From: Lingula anatina
Taxonomy: Eukaryota > Animalia > Brachiopoda
Direction: 5' to 3'
Assembly: GCA_051362555.1 (NCBI GenBank)
Contig: CM120644.1
Span: 5,836,954 to 5,900,953 of the forward strand
Length of the DNA: 64,000 nucleotides
The notes under the pieces were generated by a model that saw nothing but the letters and a program-made list of their open reading frames with translations, made no database searches and was not told the DNA's origin. The position numbers and the translations under genes were made by a program. The stretch's first letter is position 1, and each line of letters starts with the position of its first letter. This document shows, in pieces, positions 39,147 through 52,962 of this stretch.

Positions 39147-40356
39147 CTTTGCTTTGTCAAATCGGTGGTTATTGTGAACTGGAATGACTTCAATTTGATA
39201 CGCCATGAAAATGGTCACTATGGGCCAGTCCGGTGCCCGTTTCACAAAAAAATCTGAAATATTTAATAACCCAAATTCAGGTGGTTGGCTTAACAAATGC
39301 TATTTAGCTGAGGCTATATCCATTTAAGTGTATTTCGCCGTAAACATTTAGTTTTGCCGACTATTGATAGCAGCCCGAAACCGCGCGGTCGACACTCGTC
39401 AAAAATTGGACTTGGAATGTTTTACAAGACGTTACAGCTCATAAAATTAATGGGGCCGTAGCAATAGTCCGAAGGTTCAATAGTCCGAAGGTTCATTGGT
39501 CCGAATGTTCACTACAGAACCTTCGGACCAATGAACCCTTGATTAAAAAAAAAAAAACGATGAAAATGTTACCGTTTTTCGGACCAATGAACCTTCGGAC
39601 CAATGACCTTCGGTTACGTACCTATACTCCCCCGCACCGATACTCCCCCGCACCGATACTCCCCCCACTTCTTTACATCCCCGCACCGATACTCCCCCGC
39701 ACCGATACTCCCGCGTACCGATACTCCGCAAAAACACTACTCCCCCAAGGCATAGATTCCCTTGGCTTTGTAAACCCCTTTCGTAATTTACAACACTTTC
39801 TATAATGCTTTTTTTTTTTCAAGATGCACCACCCTCTTGGGACCCAGAATTGACTATTTTTATTCGAAATATATTGGGAAAAATAGAGAACGTTACACGA
39901 AGTCGATCTCAGACTTAGTGTGCAGCTTGACAGTACGTAGGTCTACAGCTCTTCCTTGTGATTTTTGAGAAATGTTTTTGCAAAATTAATTTCGTTCCCC
40001 TACTGTACTCAGTAGTTACTGTATATATATCTTGTACGGCCTTTTATTTATTTATTTATATATTTATTTTTATTTTTTAATTAACTTAAGGCAAAGTTAG
40101 TTTTAATCTAAGATAACGCAGCTATGTCCTTTTTTTCAGGCAACGATATATTTGTAAAATTATTAAGTAATAAAAAAGAAGTCCTAAAGCGCTTCGTTTT
40201 CTGTCTTTTTTTTTCCTCCAACCTTCTTTTCTGCTCTTTAAGCTTCTTTCCCTTGTCTTTTGAATCTGAATTAGATTAGAATCTGAATTGAGCAAAATTC
40301 AAAATTTTTGAAAATTGTTGCACAACGAAATTGTCGAGACACGAGCATGCGTCGTG

Positions 40357-40525
40357 CAGGGGCGGATCCAGAGATATTTTCTGATAGTCTTCCAAATTAT
40401 CTTTGTGGATCCATCCTCCATTTTTGACACGTCTTCCGACAGAAAAAGATAGATACCATTCAATGTAAACTTGAAAATCTGACCGTCTTCTGGAAGACCC
40501 AGAAGACGGCTTAAATCCGCCCCTG
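40357..40525. mobile_element. MITE with CAGGGGCGGAT TIRs and 5-bp TSD
   Basis: TIR CAGGGGCGGAT / ATCCGCCCCTG; TCGTG duplicated at 40352-40356 and 40526-40530. Confidence 0.9.
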
Positions 40526-41066
40526 TCGTGAGCACGCCTTTTATACTCGCTGTCCCGTCGTGTTTTCGACTTTGTTCGTTATAGATGTGAGGGCGTGCGC
40601 CGTACTCAACTCGCAAAGGGCTCTTTCTCCTTCATTTCTTGCGGCGTGCATCTTGGACCAGGCAAGTCTCTCTTGCAAACCAATCGCAAACTCCTTAGAA
40701 AGGGAGCAAATTACGCTTGCGGCCTCGCTGTTCGCAGATTATTCGTAGAATCTATTGGAAATGTTCAATATCCTCCGTACGTGCTTACATACGTGCGAAC
40801 TCGAAATTTCGCATAAAGGACTTGCGTGGTACATGACATTCTCCGCAAAAATTGGACTAAAACAGGTCGTAGATTTGATCCACTTACCTAGACTGACCCT
40901 AACCTGTATAATTAAATGGAGGGTTGACTCTGTTACTCGATCCTCAGTTTCGTCAAAATTGCATAGGGGGAGTAATGATGCGGGGGAGTATCGGCGCGGG
41001 GGAGTAACGGTGCGGGGAAACAACAACGCGGGGGAGTATCGGTGCGGGGGAGTAACGGTGCGCGTA

Positions 41067-44000
41067 TGTAAAGCCTCTCTTCTGGTCCTCAAATCAAGTT
41101 CGGTCCCTTGGTTCTAAACTGTTTACAAGAAGCTCTATACTGGACCTACACCTGTAAATGTCCATCATTACGAGTTCAAACGTGTTCCCTAAACGTGTCC
41201 TTGGCTGACTCTATTATGGTCTCCAATATTTGAGGTTTAAAACTTTGAGAGGCTACCAAAAAACGTACGTAAACTGAATGTTAGAAAGAAATGCATTTCA
41301 ATTATTTAAAATTGTATTATATTTGCTATAATATATTCTCAGATTTTTTAAAGAACACAAAAGTTTTGCTGCGTGACTACCTTTAGGATGCTTAAGAATA
41401 ATACTACAATATTTATGGCGTTCTCTGCCTCATGTTTTCAAGACAGTTACATTCGTGGGTGATTGTGTGCATGTGGTGGTGTTGGGGGTGGGGGTGTGGG
41501 GGGGGATGCTCACTCACTGCCATGATTGTGCGCTTTTTATTCCGTTTCAAGTTAGTATAAGCTCTTATTTTCATATGGACGCGTTTATTCCCGTGAATTT
41601 CCTAAATGTCCACTGGACTGGTATGGTCACGCGTTTTGTGCAAGTAGTAGAAATGGATTATATTTTTTTTTTTTCGAATCAGCAGATCTAAAATAAACAA
41701 AGTTTATTAATAAACGCGCAATATTTTCGTAATTAAAGCCTATTTGCCTGTTTGACTGCATTTAAACTAAGACGCAACTGACCATAATGTGTGTTTGATT
41801 GACGGGGCTGGTTTAAGCCCCTTTTACACTGGACGGCGTCCTTTCTGCGTCCAGCAGTACGGCCCCATTTGAGAGTTAAAAATTATAATACTTTACGTGC
41901 CGACAACTGGCCGTTCATTGAGCATTCATTCTGATACAAAATCAATGCTCGTGCCTCCTTATTAAGACCACAGAGATGCCAAATTTCATGGTCGCAGAAA
42001 GGACGCAGAAAGGACGCCGTCCAGTGTAAAGGGGGTATTAGAGATGTACTTGCTGCATACCTTGTTGATATTTATACCTAGGCTTTCACAAGCTGTATAT
42101 CCCATATCATTCAGATAATGTTCAAGTGTTGTTTTGCTACATGATGACAACTTAGCATCCCAATTGTATTGCTTTAGGAGCGTACAGTGAAGGGAATATC
42201 ATGAAAACCCAGTGATCTGACCAAAGACATTGTAGAGATCCAGTATAACTACGTAGTATAAGTAGGCCTATGCATACCAGTGCAGTTTACTGTTACACAA
42301 CGCCGTTCTCCCTTGGGCAAAATTAAAGGCTAAAATCCCCGTTTCAATTTACCAGTTCAAGGGAAAGATTCAGAACAGCGCCCTGGCCTGAATTTTGATC
42401 TTACAAACTGACCTCGGAAACCACAAAATTTTCTTTCATGCCCGAAATCTGTGATTTTAAATACTCGATCCCCACCATTAAATGTCCCACCGACCCTCAC
42501 ATTGACTGCCTCTCTTGTTATAGAGCACAATTCAAATTAATTTAAAAGAGAAAAACCTAGCTGTTATTACAGAATTGGGATTCTTTATCATAGATTTTGT
42601 CTCGACTCCAGGGACGTCTCAATTTCTTTTTCGCCCTATATATATATGTCTTATTAAGTTGAATGGTCTTTATCGCAGCATCTTTATTTAAGTTCATTAA
42701 AAACCACAAATCAAAGGAATTGTGCGCCGTAATGTACATGATCTTTGGATGGTTATTTTAAGTAATCCGATGTTGATAATTTCGAATCCTATACATTATA
42801 GTACATATGCTTACATGGAAAGCATCAAAACAGATTAAAGGCATTTTCGCGTCGATCATTATACCGTTTTATTTGCATCTCATCTGTAGCGAACATTTGT
42901 TGCCAGATTAACGAAGCACCGCGCAATTATGTAAGAGAACCACGAAAATAGAGCACCCGCACCAGACACGGGCATTTAATTTTGGTTGGTCCGTAAAGGG
43001 CTTGTATTCGACCGGAGGCAGAGTTGTGAATCAATCTACAGTATATTATTTTCCGTTTATATAAAAGTTACCTAAGTCTCGCATAACGCTATCTCAAAAT
43101 TGGTCCATTTATGACCCTTTAAAACACCGCTACAGATGTAGACACTCCAACCCAATTAATTGAGTTCGATGTGAGAAAACTTTCAACAAAAAGTGAAAAT
43201 GTGAGCCACATATATTTAGATTAATATCGGAATAAATGTATGACACGTTCCATTACTTTCACTGGTTTATGCCATTGTACCCTCTAACTGGGAAAGCAGT
43301 CAGCAGTTATTAAAAGTAATATGAAACATTAATAAAAACGTTATGCAAAACGTGAGCGGTTGTGATAAGTTAATTTACGCTCTCATCTTTCATATGAAAA
43401 GAAAAATGATTATTTATTACAAGAGTTCAGGGTGGGAAGAGGAGCATAAGGGCATAGCAACTATTATGTTATGAAATAAGTCAAGTTGAGCCTTTCTTCT
43501 GATATACTTTATCGTGTTTCGTGCCTATCTAGCTTAGTCGGTTAAGAAGATATATAACCCCCCCTCCCCGCCCACACTTCTTTCAACCTGTAAGATTGGA
43601 AAGTCGGTAGTCTGGCTCGGGCAATAAAATCTCACTATCTCCACATCTGGTTTCTATCAAGCGCGTTCAGAGCTTCAGAGCTTAGGACAAACATATTGCT
43701 CCTCGGGCCAGGAAATCTGGAGAAGGGGAGTAGAGGAACATGTCTTCTCAATATGGAAAGCTATATATTTTTGGTAATTTCCTTTGTAACATTTACAAAC
43801 ACTAAAAAATATCCTTTCTCGAATTAATATCATGTTTACACATTTCTGTAAATATCCTGAATTAAAATACTAATGTTAAATGTCAGAGACTTTGATTTAT
43901 GACGAGAGAGAGAGAGAGGTAAAGACAATCTGTAAATGTCCCGAACTAGAGGAGAGTGTTATAAACTGAACACATCTTGGCTACAACCCGTAGACAGTTA

Positions 44001-44883
44001 GCCCGCAGAGTGGTTTAGTTATTATGATCAACATAATTGTTTATATTTTTATTAATATCAAACAATTTTACTGTTTGCAGCTATACCTGTTTGGAACATG
44101 TACTCTGCGCCATATAATAGCAATGGTGCAAAGTGGTGATATTGTAAAATCCTGCAATAAAATTTTCTTCAAATATCAAATTTTATTAGATGGTTGAATA
44201 CAACATCAGTAATAGAACACTAATAGAATTCAGCATAATGATACTGAATTGTTGTAAAGACATGAAGGAAGCAGGGTGACCATATATGCTCGGAATATTG
44301 TCGGAGAGGGAAATTTCTCCAGTTTGTTCACTGCCCTGTGAAGCCATATTTTGTGGCCTGAGATGCCGTTACTTCGTGACCTGACCTGTCAAAAGCACGT
44401 CCGTGCACTCTTTTCATCTTTTGATTCTTCCACATTAATCAAGATACGGAGTATCAATTACAATTAAGTGACCCCGGGGGGGGGGGGGGGGGGGCATGAA
44501 GGGAATAAATAATTATATGTAGTATCCTTGTGACAGAAGGTTACTCTGCAATTTATATCTTTCAATTTATGCTGTGAAATAATAGCCAGCTAGTCCGTTG
44601 ATCTGGCGAATCAACCAAATGACCGTTAGTTGAGTTGCTTAACTGCTAGTAATTAATCCCCTCCCCTCCCCCCGAACGTCAAACTGGCAGGTTTCCAAAT
44701 GAAGACTATACCGCAGAAAAAGTTTGGGGCCCAAAAGAGAGTCAGCCAAGTACACGTTTGGGGAACACGTTTGAACACGTCATGATGGACATTTACAGGT
44801 GTAGGACAAGAACAGAGCCTCTGGTAAACAGTTTAGAACCAAGGGACCGAACTTGATTTGAGGACCAGACGAGAGGCTTTACA
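41067..44883. mobile_element. 3.8-kb non-autonomous DNA transposon, ~145-bp TIRs, TGT..ACA ends, 6-bp TSD
   Basis: 41067-41211 is the reverse complement of ~44738-44883; CGCGTA duplicated at 41061-41066 and 44884-44889; no long ORF inside. Confidence 0.88.
41816..42037. mobile_element. PIF/Harbinger-type MITE
   Basis: TIR ..CCCCTTTTACACTGGACGGCGTCCTTTCTGCGTCC / GGACGCAGAAAGGACGCCGTCCAGTGTAAAGGGG; TTA TSD. Confidence 0.88.
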
Positions 44884-45649
44884 CGCGTATAACGGCAATT
44901 TTACAGGGGGTTTATCGATGCGGGCCCGGGGATCTATCGGTGTGGGGTCGTATCGATGTGCATAATGCAAAAATTTACTAAGGGGGAGTATCGGTGCGGG
45001 GGAGTAACGGTGCGGGGGAGTATCGGCATGACCCCTGACCTTCGGACTATCGAGACGCCCCCAAATTAATGGTTATTCTCTAACAATGAAATGAAGCAAA
45101 ACATAAATAGTTTTTTTTTAACTCAACCGGATGGCTTAATTTTGATACGTTTCAATGTAAGATCAAAGTACCTGTAACCGTTAAATGTCAGTTTGCCTAG
45201 GAACGCCGCCATCTAGGTCTACAGTAGGGCCTATCCTCGAATAAACATAGTAGCATTGTCGGTTTTTGATTTCTAATAAGGTTTTCAAGAAGAGTTATAA
45301 ATAAATATTGCAGACAAATATATATGACTATTTGCTCATTATTCAAATGGCATCTCAAAACTCATTTTCTCCCCTAGATTGCACAAAACTGTAGGATTTG
45401 AGTCAGAAATAATTTAACGTTGCACAGCTTGTGGACTGTTTAGAAAAGAAACATTCATATCTAATATAAATACATAATTCAAAATTTGAAAATTGAGTGA
45501 AAAAAAAAACGTACATATTTTCCCTATTCCATCTATTCATACTGTCCTTCTGTTCACATCCATGTACTGTAGTATATGCCATACCGCATTTAACAAATGG
45601 ATGGTGTGTAATAAAAATGTCCAACTGCAGCTCGATTTTCATAGTTTAA

Positions 45650-45993
45650 AAGGATAACAACTGTTTATTTTGGTCAAAAATGAATTTTCCTGGGGTTAAC
45701 AACAATTTTTTACACTTACTAATGGTTAATGAATCCATTTCTACATTCAAATTTAGCCCTAGGTTTTTTTTTTTTTTCTAAAAAGTTTTTTTTTTTTTTT
45801 TTGTAGTAATCTCTTAAGAGATTATTGCAGAGTTTAGCCTTCTATAGAGGTCACGTGGTCCGATGACAAACACAGATTTCAGAATAATTGCTTTAACTGC
45901 CGTTTTTTGTGGTAATATATTTTATATTTGTACAAGTTGTTTACAATAAATTTATCATGAAACATAGATTTCGTAGGAAGAGTTGTTATCCCT
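45650..45993. mobile_element. Kolobok-type MITE with TTAA TSD
   Basis: TTAA-AAGGATAACAACT ... AGTTGTTATCCCT-TTAA; related internal sequence at ~26880-27060 and inverted at ~57040-57460. Confidence 0.8.
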
Positions 45994-46817
45994 TTAAGTG
46001 ATTTATTCTTGGCAGTGCTATCCTTCACCAGGGTACTCTGCATATATACCCACACTAAGCATATACTGCAGGTGAAATATTGACATCTATACGTATTACT
46101 AATCTAGAGAAAAAATTAACAGTGACTACCGTGACAGTTGATTTTTTTCTTTTTCTTTTCTTTTAATTTTTTTATTATTTTTTGTTGACCTGTCATATAA
46201 ATGAGTATTACATTTTAATGGGCATGCCAGTGTACAGTGTATATGCTTGTTTACATTGGCAGAGTAAAATATTATTTTTTTGTGGAATGAAAGTGTGATG
46301 ACAGCTATTGTACTTTTCAGATCAGTATTGCCAGTCAGTATCCCCAGTCTACTGTAGTTTCAAAGCCATCAAGCACAGTAACTACTGTATTATGTAGATC
46401 TTCTGTATTTCTTTGTTTTGTGAAAAGATCAATAAGACACAGTTGATGAAAAGAAATAACTAGACAGCTAAGCTTGTACATGCACATATTAAAATTGAAA
46501 ATGAATCTTCATTTTTTTAAAACCAAACAGCCACTCAGTAAATTTAAAGTAAAACAGAAATATGGTTAAGCACTTCTGGGGAAATGGTTGCAAGACAGTA
46601 CTAGTATATACCAACAATCAGCCTCTGGTCCCAGCCATCCCCTGCAACCAATACTGAGAGTGAGACAAACATCCTACAAGCTTTCAAAGCTGGGTGAAAA
46701 TGGGGGTTAGATTAGAATATCCAAAGAATTTCCACTATATTAAAAAAAAAAAAAAAAAAAACTCTTCCCATGTGCCAAGCACTGAAATAACCAAGCATAC
46801 TGTAGCCACTTAGAGGC

Positions 46818-48103
46818 TCAAGTTCTTCCCCCAAACTCCTCGAGAACTCTAAAATGATTCTCAATAGACCTGGGTTCATCTTTGAAATGGACAGTCTCTT
46901 TCACCTTGACTCCCAGCTTCTCCAGTTCCTCCACAAACTTTTTTTCTTCTTTTCCTATCCACTTTCTCATTGGGTCATTTATCTGATATGGCGTCACATG
47001 TACATGAACTTCGATGTTTGTCCCTACCAGAGACGAGAGTATCGTCCTGTCTGTGACCCAGGTTTTAGACCCCCCATTGTGCCCTCCATCTAGCCAATAC
47101 ATACTCTGCACTTGACTCACAAACTTGCCGAGTTCTGGGTCAGCCTTGGCAGCTTGGAGCTCAAAGAGAAGCTGGTTCAGCACTACACAACCCTTACTGA
47201 ACCCTACTACTGATATGGGAAGGGTAGTGGCTGCCGGGTGGGGTTCCGAGGAGGCGTTGTCACTCGGACACATGGCATGTGTCTCCTCAGCTGGTATTGT
47301 GTATGCCTGGAGAACACCCATGAGAAACAATTTCTGAAGATGTCGAAAAGCACCATGATCCGTGGGCTCAGGAGAGGGCACGCCAATTTCACTGCATTCC
47401 ACAAAATTTGAGAAGGAGCTGAATGTCTTGATGTACATATTGGCTGGTTTGATCACCCATATAGCACTATTTGGGTGTTTCTGGTAGAGAAGTTTGGCAG
47501 TGGCTTCCAGGCTCCACTTGATATGATGTTTGTTGTCGCGGTGTGCCTGCATGTTTTCAGGGTAATCCTGCCAGGGAAAAACTGTCATACTATATGCTCT
47601 GTTATTTTCTTTAATTAATTCTACATTACATTCCTTAGTTAATTAATTTTTACTAAGCAGAGAATGGCAAAATAATAAATCAATAAATAAAAAATGAGAT
47701 CTCTAAATAAATAAATAAATAAATAAACAAATAAATAATAAACAGACTATTTCTCGTTTTTTGTCAGTCCTTATATGACCCTAAAATGCAATATTTCGCT
47801 TTCTTTGTGTTCGAAGATATCTTGTGGTTGTAACCTTTCCCCAAAAATTTATCTTACCTGAACGTCACCTCCAAAGAAAATGATATGACTGACCGCATTT
47901 CGAATATCCCCACAGAAAATAATGTCATTCTTCCTGTCGTCTTCACCATTAATCTGTATTAACCGGTGACAAGACGGAAAATTCGCCATTGAAAATGTAA
48001 AAGCTTTACTCGTAGTAAACTGGGATTTTACAACAGCTCCTGTGGAAAAACAGGCAGTAAACTGCAGAATCCGCAAGAATGTCCTCTTCAAATTCGAATT
48101 CAT
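46818..48103 (-). CDS. C2orf69: Mitochondrial protein C2orf69 homolog (UPF0565); exons 48103-47858, 47567-46818
   Basis: HIIFFGGDVQ|DYPENM...WSLEATAKLL...FSSFSNFV...VGFSKGCVVLNQLL...MYWLDGGHNGGSKTWVT...HVHVTPYQINDPMRKWIGKEEKKF...SIENHFRVL are C2orf69 motifs. The N-terminus is Arg/Ser/Thr-rich with no acidic residues, like a mitochondrial presequence. Confidence 0.95.
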
Positions 48104-48570
48104 ATATTCCGGTCTAGGCAAAAATATATCATATACAAACCCATGCTTTCGTTTTTAGATGTCTTGATAAAACAAGGCTAAACAACAACGCCTTAAAAGG
48201 GGCAGATTTTGAATGACGCACTAAATGTTACAAAGCATCAACTTTTGATGGGCGCAGACATGTTTCTCCTCACAGGGAATAGTAAAAAGGTAGTTCTAGA
48301 ATGCATCATAATTGAGTAGTTCCATATTAATTCACGAAATACAAGAAACGTTTTTACCAAAATTGCATTCTTTTTTTCTTTAGTAAAATTGCATCTTAAA
48401 CTAATTGAAATTTAACACGCAACACAAATTTGATTATTGACCTATTACCATATTCCTATGTTTCTATGACCTACTTACAGGGAATTATGGGATCGTGTCG
48501 TTGAAAGTTTAGCTGCTGTTATAACTCGTGAGCGACAGAAAATATTTGGTTGGTGTACGATACAGAGGTA
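48104..48570. promoter_or_regulatory. Shared bidirectional promoter of C2orf69 and MMADHC, with probable non-coding first MMADHC exon ending at ~48568
   Basis: Divergent genes <900 bp ATG to ATG; donor GAG|GTAATT at ~48568 and acceptor ATAG| at 48930 before the MMADHC ATG. Confidence 0.5.
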
Positions 48571-48976
48571 ATTTTTCTGTCATGTTTGAGTTTAAATGAA
48601 ACAAGACTTTCTGATGACTTCTGTAGCACATTTAATTATTATTTATAAGAAGGACCCTAAGCAGGAATCGACCTTGAATTAGAAGCTCATATCACAGCAA
48701 CCATCCTCAATATCAGTTCAAGGTTGTTTTGCTGTATTTATATTTTTGCTTTAGATCCTAAATGTACCACACCTAACTTAGATTTTCTCGTAAAGGTGTA
48801 CTTTCGAGGAGTGCCCGACCAAATTGAATTTTCATGTGAAAAAAATTAACTCTCCCAACTCGCGAAGCATTGCTCGAACCTTCCCTACATGTTCATTTTG
48901 CGGGTACTATTTCGTTTATATTTACAATAGGCACGGTAGAAGAGTGACTTTGGTCACATTTGGAATTAGCGAAGAA

Positions 48977-51900
48977 ATGGCGTCAAGGGTAGGTGATTTT
49001 TTTTCTCAGATGGATGTAATGTTATTATGACGCTATTAACAACTATTTTTTATGAAGTAACATAAGGATAATATAAAATAGATAAACTTATTTGTAACTT
49101 GCTATGTTTCACTATATCTTACCATCCAAGAAGAATGCTAATATAGATAAATAGATCATATTGATTTAAAAAATCAAAATGAAAAGGTGTGTACCAGTTA
49201 ACAATTCCCTGTTCTTCCTTCAATAAGGTATTAACTAGTCACCCTAATCAGTCACCGAATCATGAAGTCAGTTTTTGCTCATATAAATTTCAACAAAAAT
49301 AAGTAAAAGAAAGAAAATGATCATTATTTTGTCACACATTATTCAATTTTCTCTCAATTTTAAGGCACTTTTCGCTATGGGCAACATTTACTGGTCTATA
49401 TTGTGATTAAAAGACAGAAAAACTTAAACTCATGAAAGAAAAAAGTGGGTTATAAATTATAATTCTTTGAACTGGTACATCTTGGATATGGTAAGCTGTG
49501 GTTATTAGAGTAAAGCTGTTGTAATTTCTGTTTTCTAGCTCATATGTGGAGCGAAGAAGCGGCTAGTGACATACTTGCCAGACTTCAAGTGTGCCATCAA
49601 ACATGTGAAGGCATTTAGCAGCATGCAGTCCAAGATCAAAACCCAAACCCATGGACTTTCCTTTGGCCCAGATGGTGGGTGTGAGACGTCCACAGTCTAA
49701 GTCTGGGTTCCCATAGATTTAGATCGATCTGTCCGGATCGACCTAACTCCTTGGGGGTTCACGCTAAATTGCTGTCAGGTTCCGAGAGCACAAAAGTTAA
49801 TCACCCCCTTACTGCTTTTAGTAGGCGGGACAGACATTTAAGCCGTTCAGGCTGACAACAATCCCCACTGGGATAGATTGACCTAAAAATCTATGGGAAT
49901 GCACTCTCAGTCATTAACACTGTCAAAGGCTGCTGAAATTGTTGCTGTTTAAGTTTAAATTGTGCACATTTGTTTCAGTTATTGGTTACTGTTTCTGTTT
50001 TTAAATTAGACCAGTAGAGTACATTCTTAGATCCTGGGGTGGGTTCAAGGGCCAGTAAAATATTTAAGTACCAGTCTCTGTAAGGTTCAGAATAGGGTGG
50101 CACATGACCCTCTCAGATTTTGATGAAAATTGGTGTATTTGTTCATTATAGCCCCAAACTAACATAATGGATATTGGTTTGTTTGAATCACCCTCGGTTG
50201 CCATGGTAACAGCACTTAAAAATTTTCACCCAAGATGGCGGAATCCTGATTGCAAAATTTCAATTTCGGCTATATTTGAGCTAAAAAAAACATAAATGTG
50301 GATAAATAAACATTTTTCATTTTCAGACATTGTTAAAAATCATATCCTATTTGATCTAAAAACATATAAATAAATGTTTTTGGTGGCCTTTAAAAATTAG
50401 AAAAATAACTTTGAAAATGGGGAATTTTAAAAAATTCCAATTTTTGCTAAAATGCCCAAATTTGCAAATTTCAAATACATTTTTCATAGACTGGCCAAAG
50501 CCATCTATTATCACCATACATTACACAAGAAAGTACATGTACTGTCCTTTTATAATCAAAAATAAAATTTTTTTCAAACACATTTTTCAAAAAATTATTC
50601 AATTTTTAAAATTCTTAATCCAAGATGGCGGCAACCAAATTGCACATTTTACATATTTGTGTATATTAAAAATAACAAACATGGTTAGACACAGATTTTA
50701 TATTTGTATGTTGCTAAATCCCAAATCTAGATTAAGTGAAAAACATAAAAAATATTATTTTTTGCTGGCCTTTAAAAATTGAAAAAATAACTTTGAAAAT
50801 GGGGAATTTTCAAAAATTCAAAATTTTGCTAAAATGCCCAAATTTGCCATTTTCAAATACACTTTTCATAGACTGGCCAAAGCCACCTATTATCGACATA
50901 CATTACATAAGGAATTACATATACTGAACTGTTTTAATCAAAAATAAAATTTTTTTCAAACACATTTTTCAAAAAATTATTCAAATTTTAAAATTCTTAA
51001 TCCAAGATGGCGGCAATCAAATGGCAAAATGCCCCTATTTCTGCTTTAAACTAAACAAGCATGGATAAAAACACACATTTCATTTTTGTATCCTGCTAAA
51101 TATTATATCTTGATTTAGTCAGAAGCATATTACTTAATATTTTAAACAGTCCTACAAAATTAGAAAAACAATTCTAAAAATGGCAGATTTCCAAAATTTC
51201 AAATTTTAGCTAAAATGCCCAAATTTTGCCATTTTCAAATACATTTTTCATAGACTGGCCAAAGCCACCTAATATTGTCATACATTATAAGTGAATGTTT
51301 TGAGTTAATATTAAAAAAAATCTTTTTTCAAACATTTTATAAAAAAAAAATGCAAATTTTAAAATTCACAATCCAAGATGGCATCAACCAAATAGCAAAT
51401 TTTCCACATTTCCCTATTTCTGCTTTAAAAATGGATTAAAATACAAATCTTGTACTTGTGTCCTGCTAAATAACTTGATTAAGTCAAAAGCACACAGGTA
51501 AATATTTTTGTGATTTAAAAAAAAAAAAATTTAAAATGATGAATTTTCACAATGGGACAATGGGTGTTAATCTTTCAGGGTCATACAATAACAGCAATGT
51601 GGTGGTATTCTTTTGGTTGACATCCAATAGTTGAGAAATATCTCCTGCCAGTCTCAGCTTCAGTTTCAATCTCTTGTGGACTTTCTACCACTGTCCAGGA
51701 AAAAATTCCCTGATTCATAAACTACTATCTATAATGTGCGTGGATTTAGCAGTGCCAACCCCAGATTAGTTAACATTTTTATTTGATTCTTTTAATTGTA
51801 TATGAATATATTTTTAACAAGTCACAGTGAAATAAAACATGTATTTAGTCTTTCTTATTTGAAAGAAAATGAGGCATCTTCTCTGCATAGTAGTAAATTA

Positions 51901-52930
51901 TATGAATATTTATTATGGTGTTCAGCATTTTTGTCACAAACTTAAAATACCAATATATATTTTCCCTCATGCTCCTTGCCCTAAGATGTTCATAATTTAT
52001 TAATTTTGCTAATTTTCTTTTGGTATACAACTTATTTGTAAGAATATTTGTTGTAGGTAAAGTCCATTGGTAACCAGCTACACTGTTAGAAGTTGTGATA
52101 TCAAAGCAAAGCAGTTATCAATGTTAAGGGTGCCTCAACATGATAGTATTTGATGCATTTTGTCCCGAGAATCATGCATGATCATACATTTTGACGAGTC
52201 CAACATCAGCCTCAGCACTGAGGACTAATTTGGCATGTTACAATCAGGTAGAAAGTATCATTATGATAATTTCCCCTATTTAAGTTACTATTTACAATTT
52301 TTAATGTAAAGAGTAAAGTTAGGTCACCTGCTAGTTTTCAGTAAAGAAATATGAGAAAAATTTATGGATAACACAGACTTCATGATATCAAAACTGTGGG
52401 AGCATTATATATGCTAAGCAGGACTTGATTAGGCGAGTCTTTAATACAAATTGCATGATTATCAAGGCTTATTAAGTAATGCTAACTTTTTTTCTCATTT
52501 AGTATTTTTTGTGACTGAAAATCTAATGTACTGCTATATCTTTCCGAGAAAAACTGAGCTGCAAGACTGGTTTGTCAAATAAAGTGCAATAGTACAAACC
52601 ATATCACTCCCATTCTGAAAGGATAAAACTGGCTGCTTGTATTTGTATTATTTTTAAGGCGATACATACACAAGGACCATTATATTTATCTGATCCTATC
52701 TGTTTTAACTGACCATGGCGGTCCACACATTTTAATACTGAGAATGACCTTATTTTAGAACAGTCTATTTTAGAGAAGGGGTGCCTCAAAAGTTATGGAG
52801 ATCGGGCTTTTATAATCTATGCCTCCAAATTATGGAACGCCTTACCAAATTTTATTAGAAAAGCAGACGAATTTGACAGTTTTAAATCCCTTCTTAAAAC
52901 TCACATTTTTAAATCTGTCTATGTCTCTTA

Positions 52931-52962
<32 letters not shown>

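Larger units (their letters stand above)
39612..45035. mobile_element. Second foldback/MULE-like element (CCGATACTCCCCCGCA subterminal repeats)
   Basis: Direct 16-bp repeats at 39620-39750, inverted copies at 40965-41060 and 44980-45026; TSD TGACCTTC at 39604-39611 and 45036-45043. Confidence 0.8.
39452..45062. mobile_element. Outer foldback/MULE-like MITE (ATAGTCCGAAGGTTC subterminal repeats) split by nested insertions
   Basis: TIR GGGGCCGTAGCAATAGTCCGAAGG / CCTTCGGACTATCGAGACGCCCCC; TSD AAATTAAT at 39444-39451 and 45063-45070. Confidence 0.8.

Noticed and set aside
43520-43700. tRNA A-box-like AGCTTAGTCGGTTAAG
   Set aside because: No B box or cloverleaf; not a tRNA gene.
50411-50927. 123-aa and 63-aa ORFs
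   Set aside because: Chance ORFs in the AT-rich 380-bp tandem repeat.
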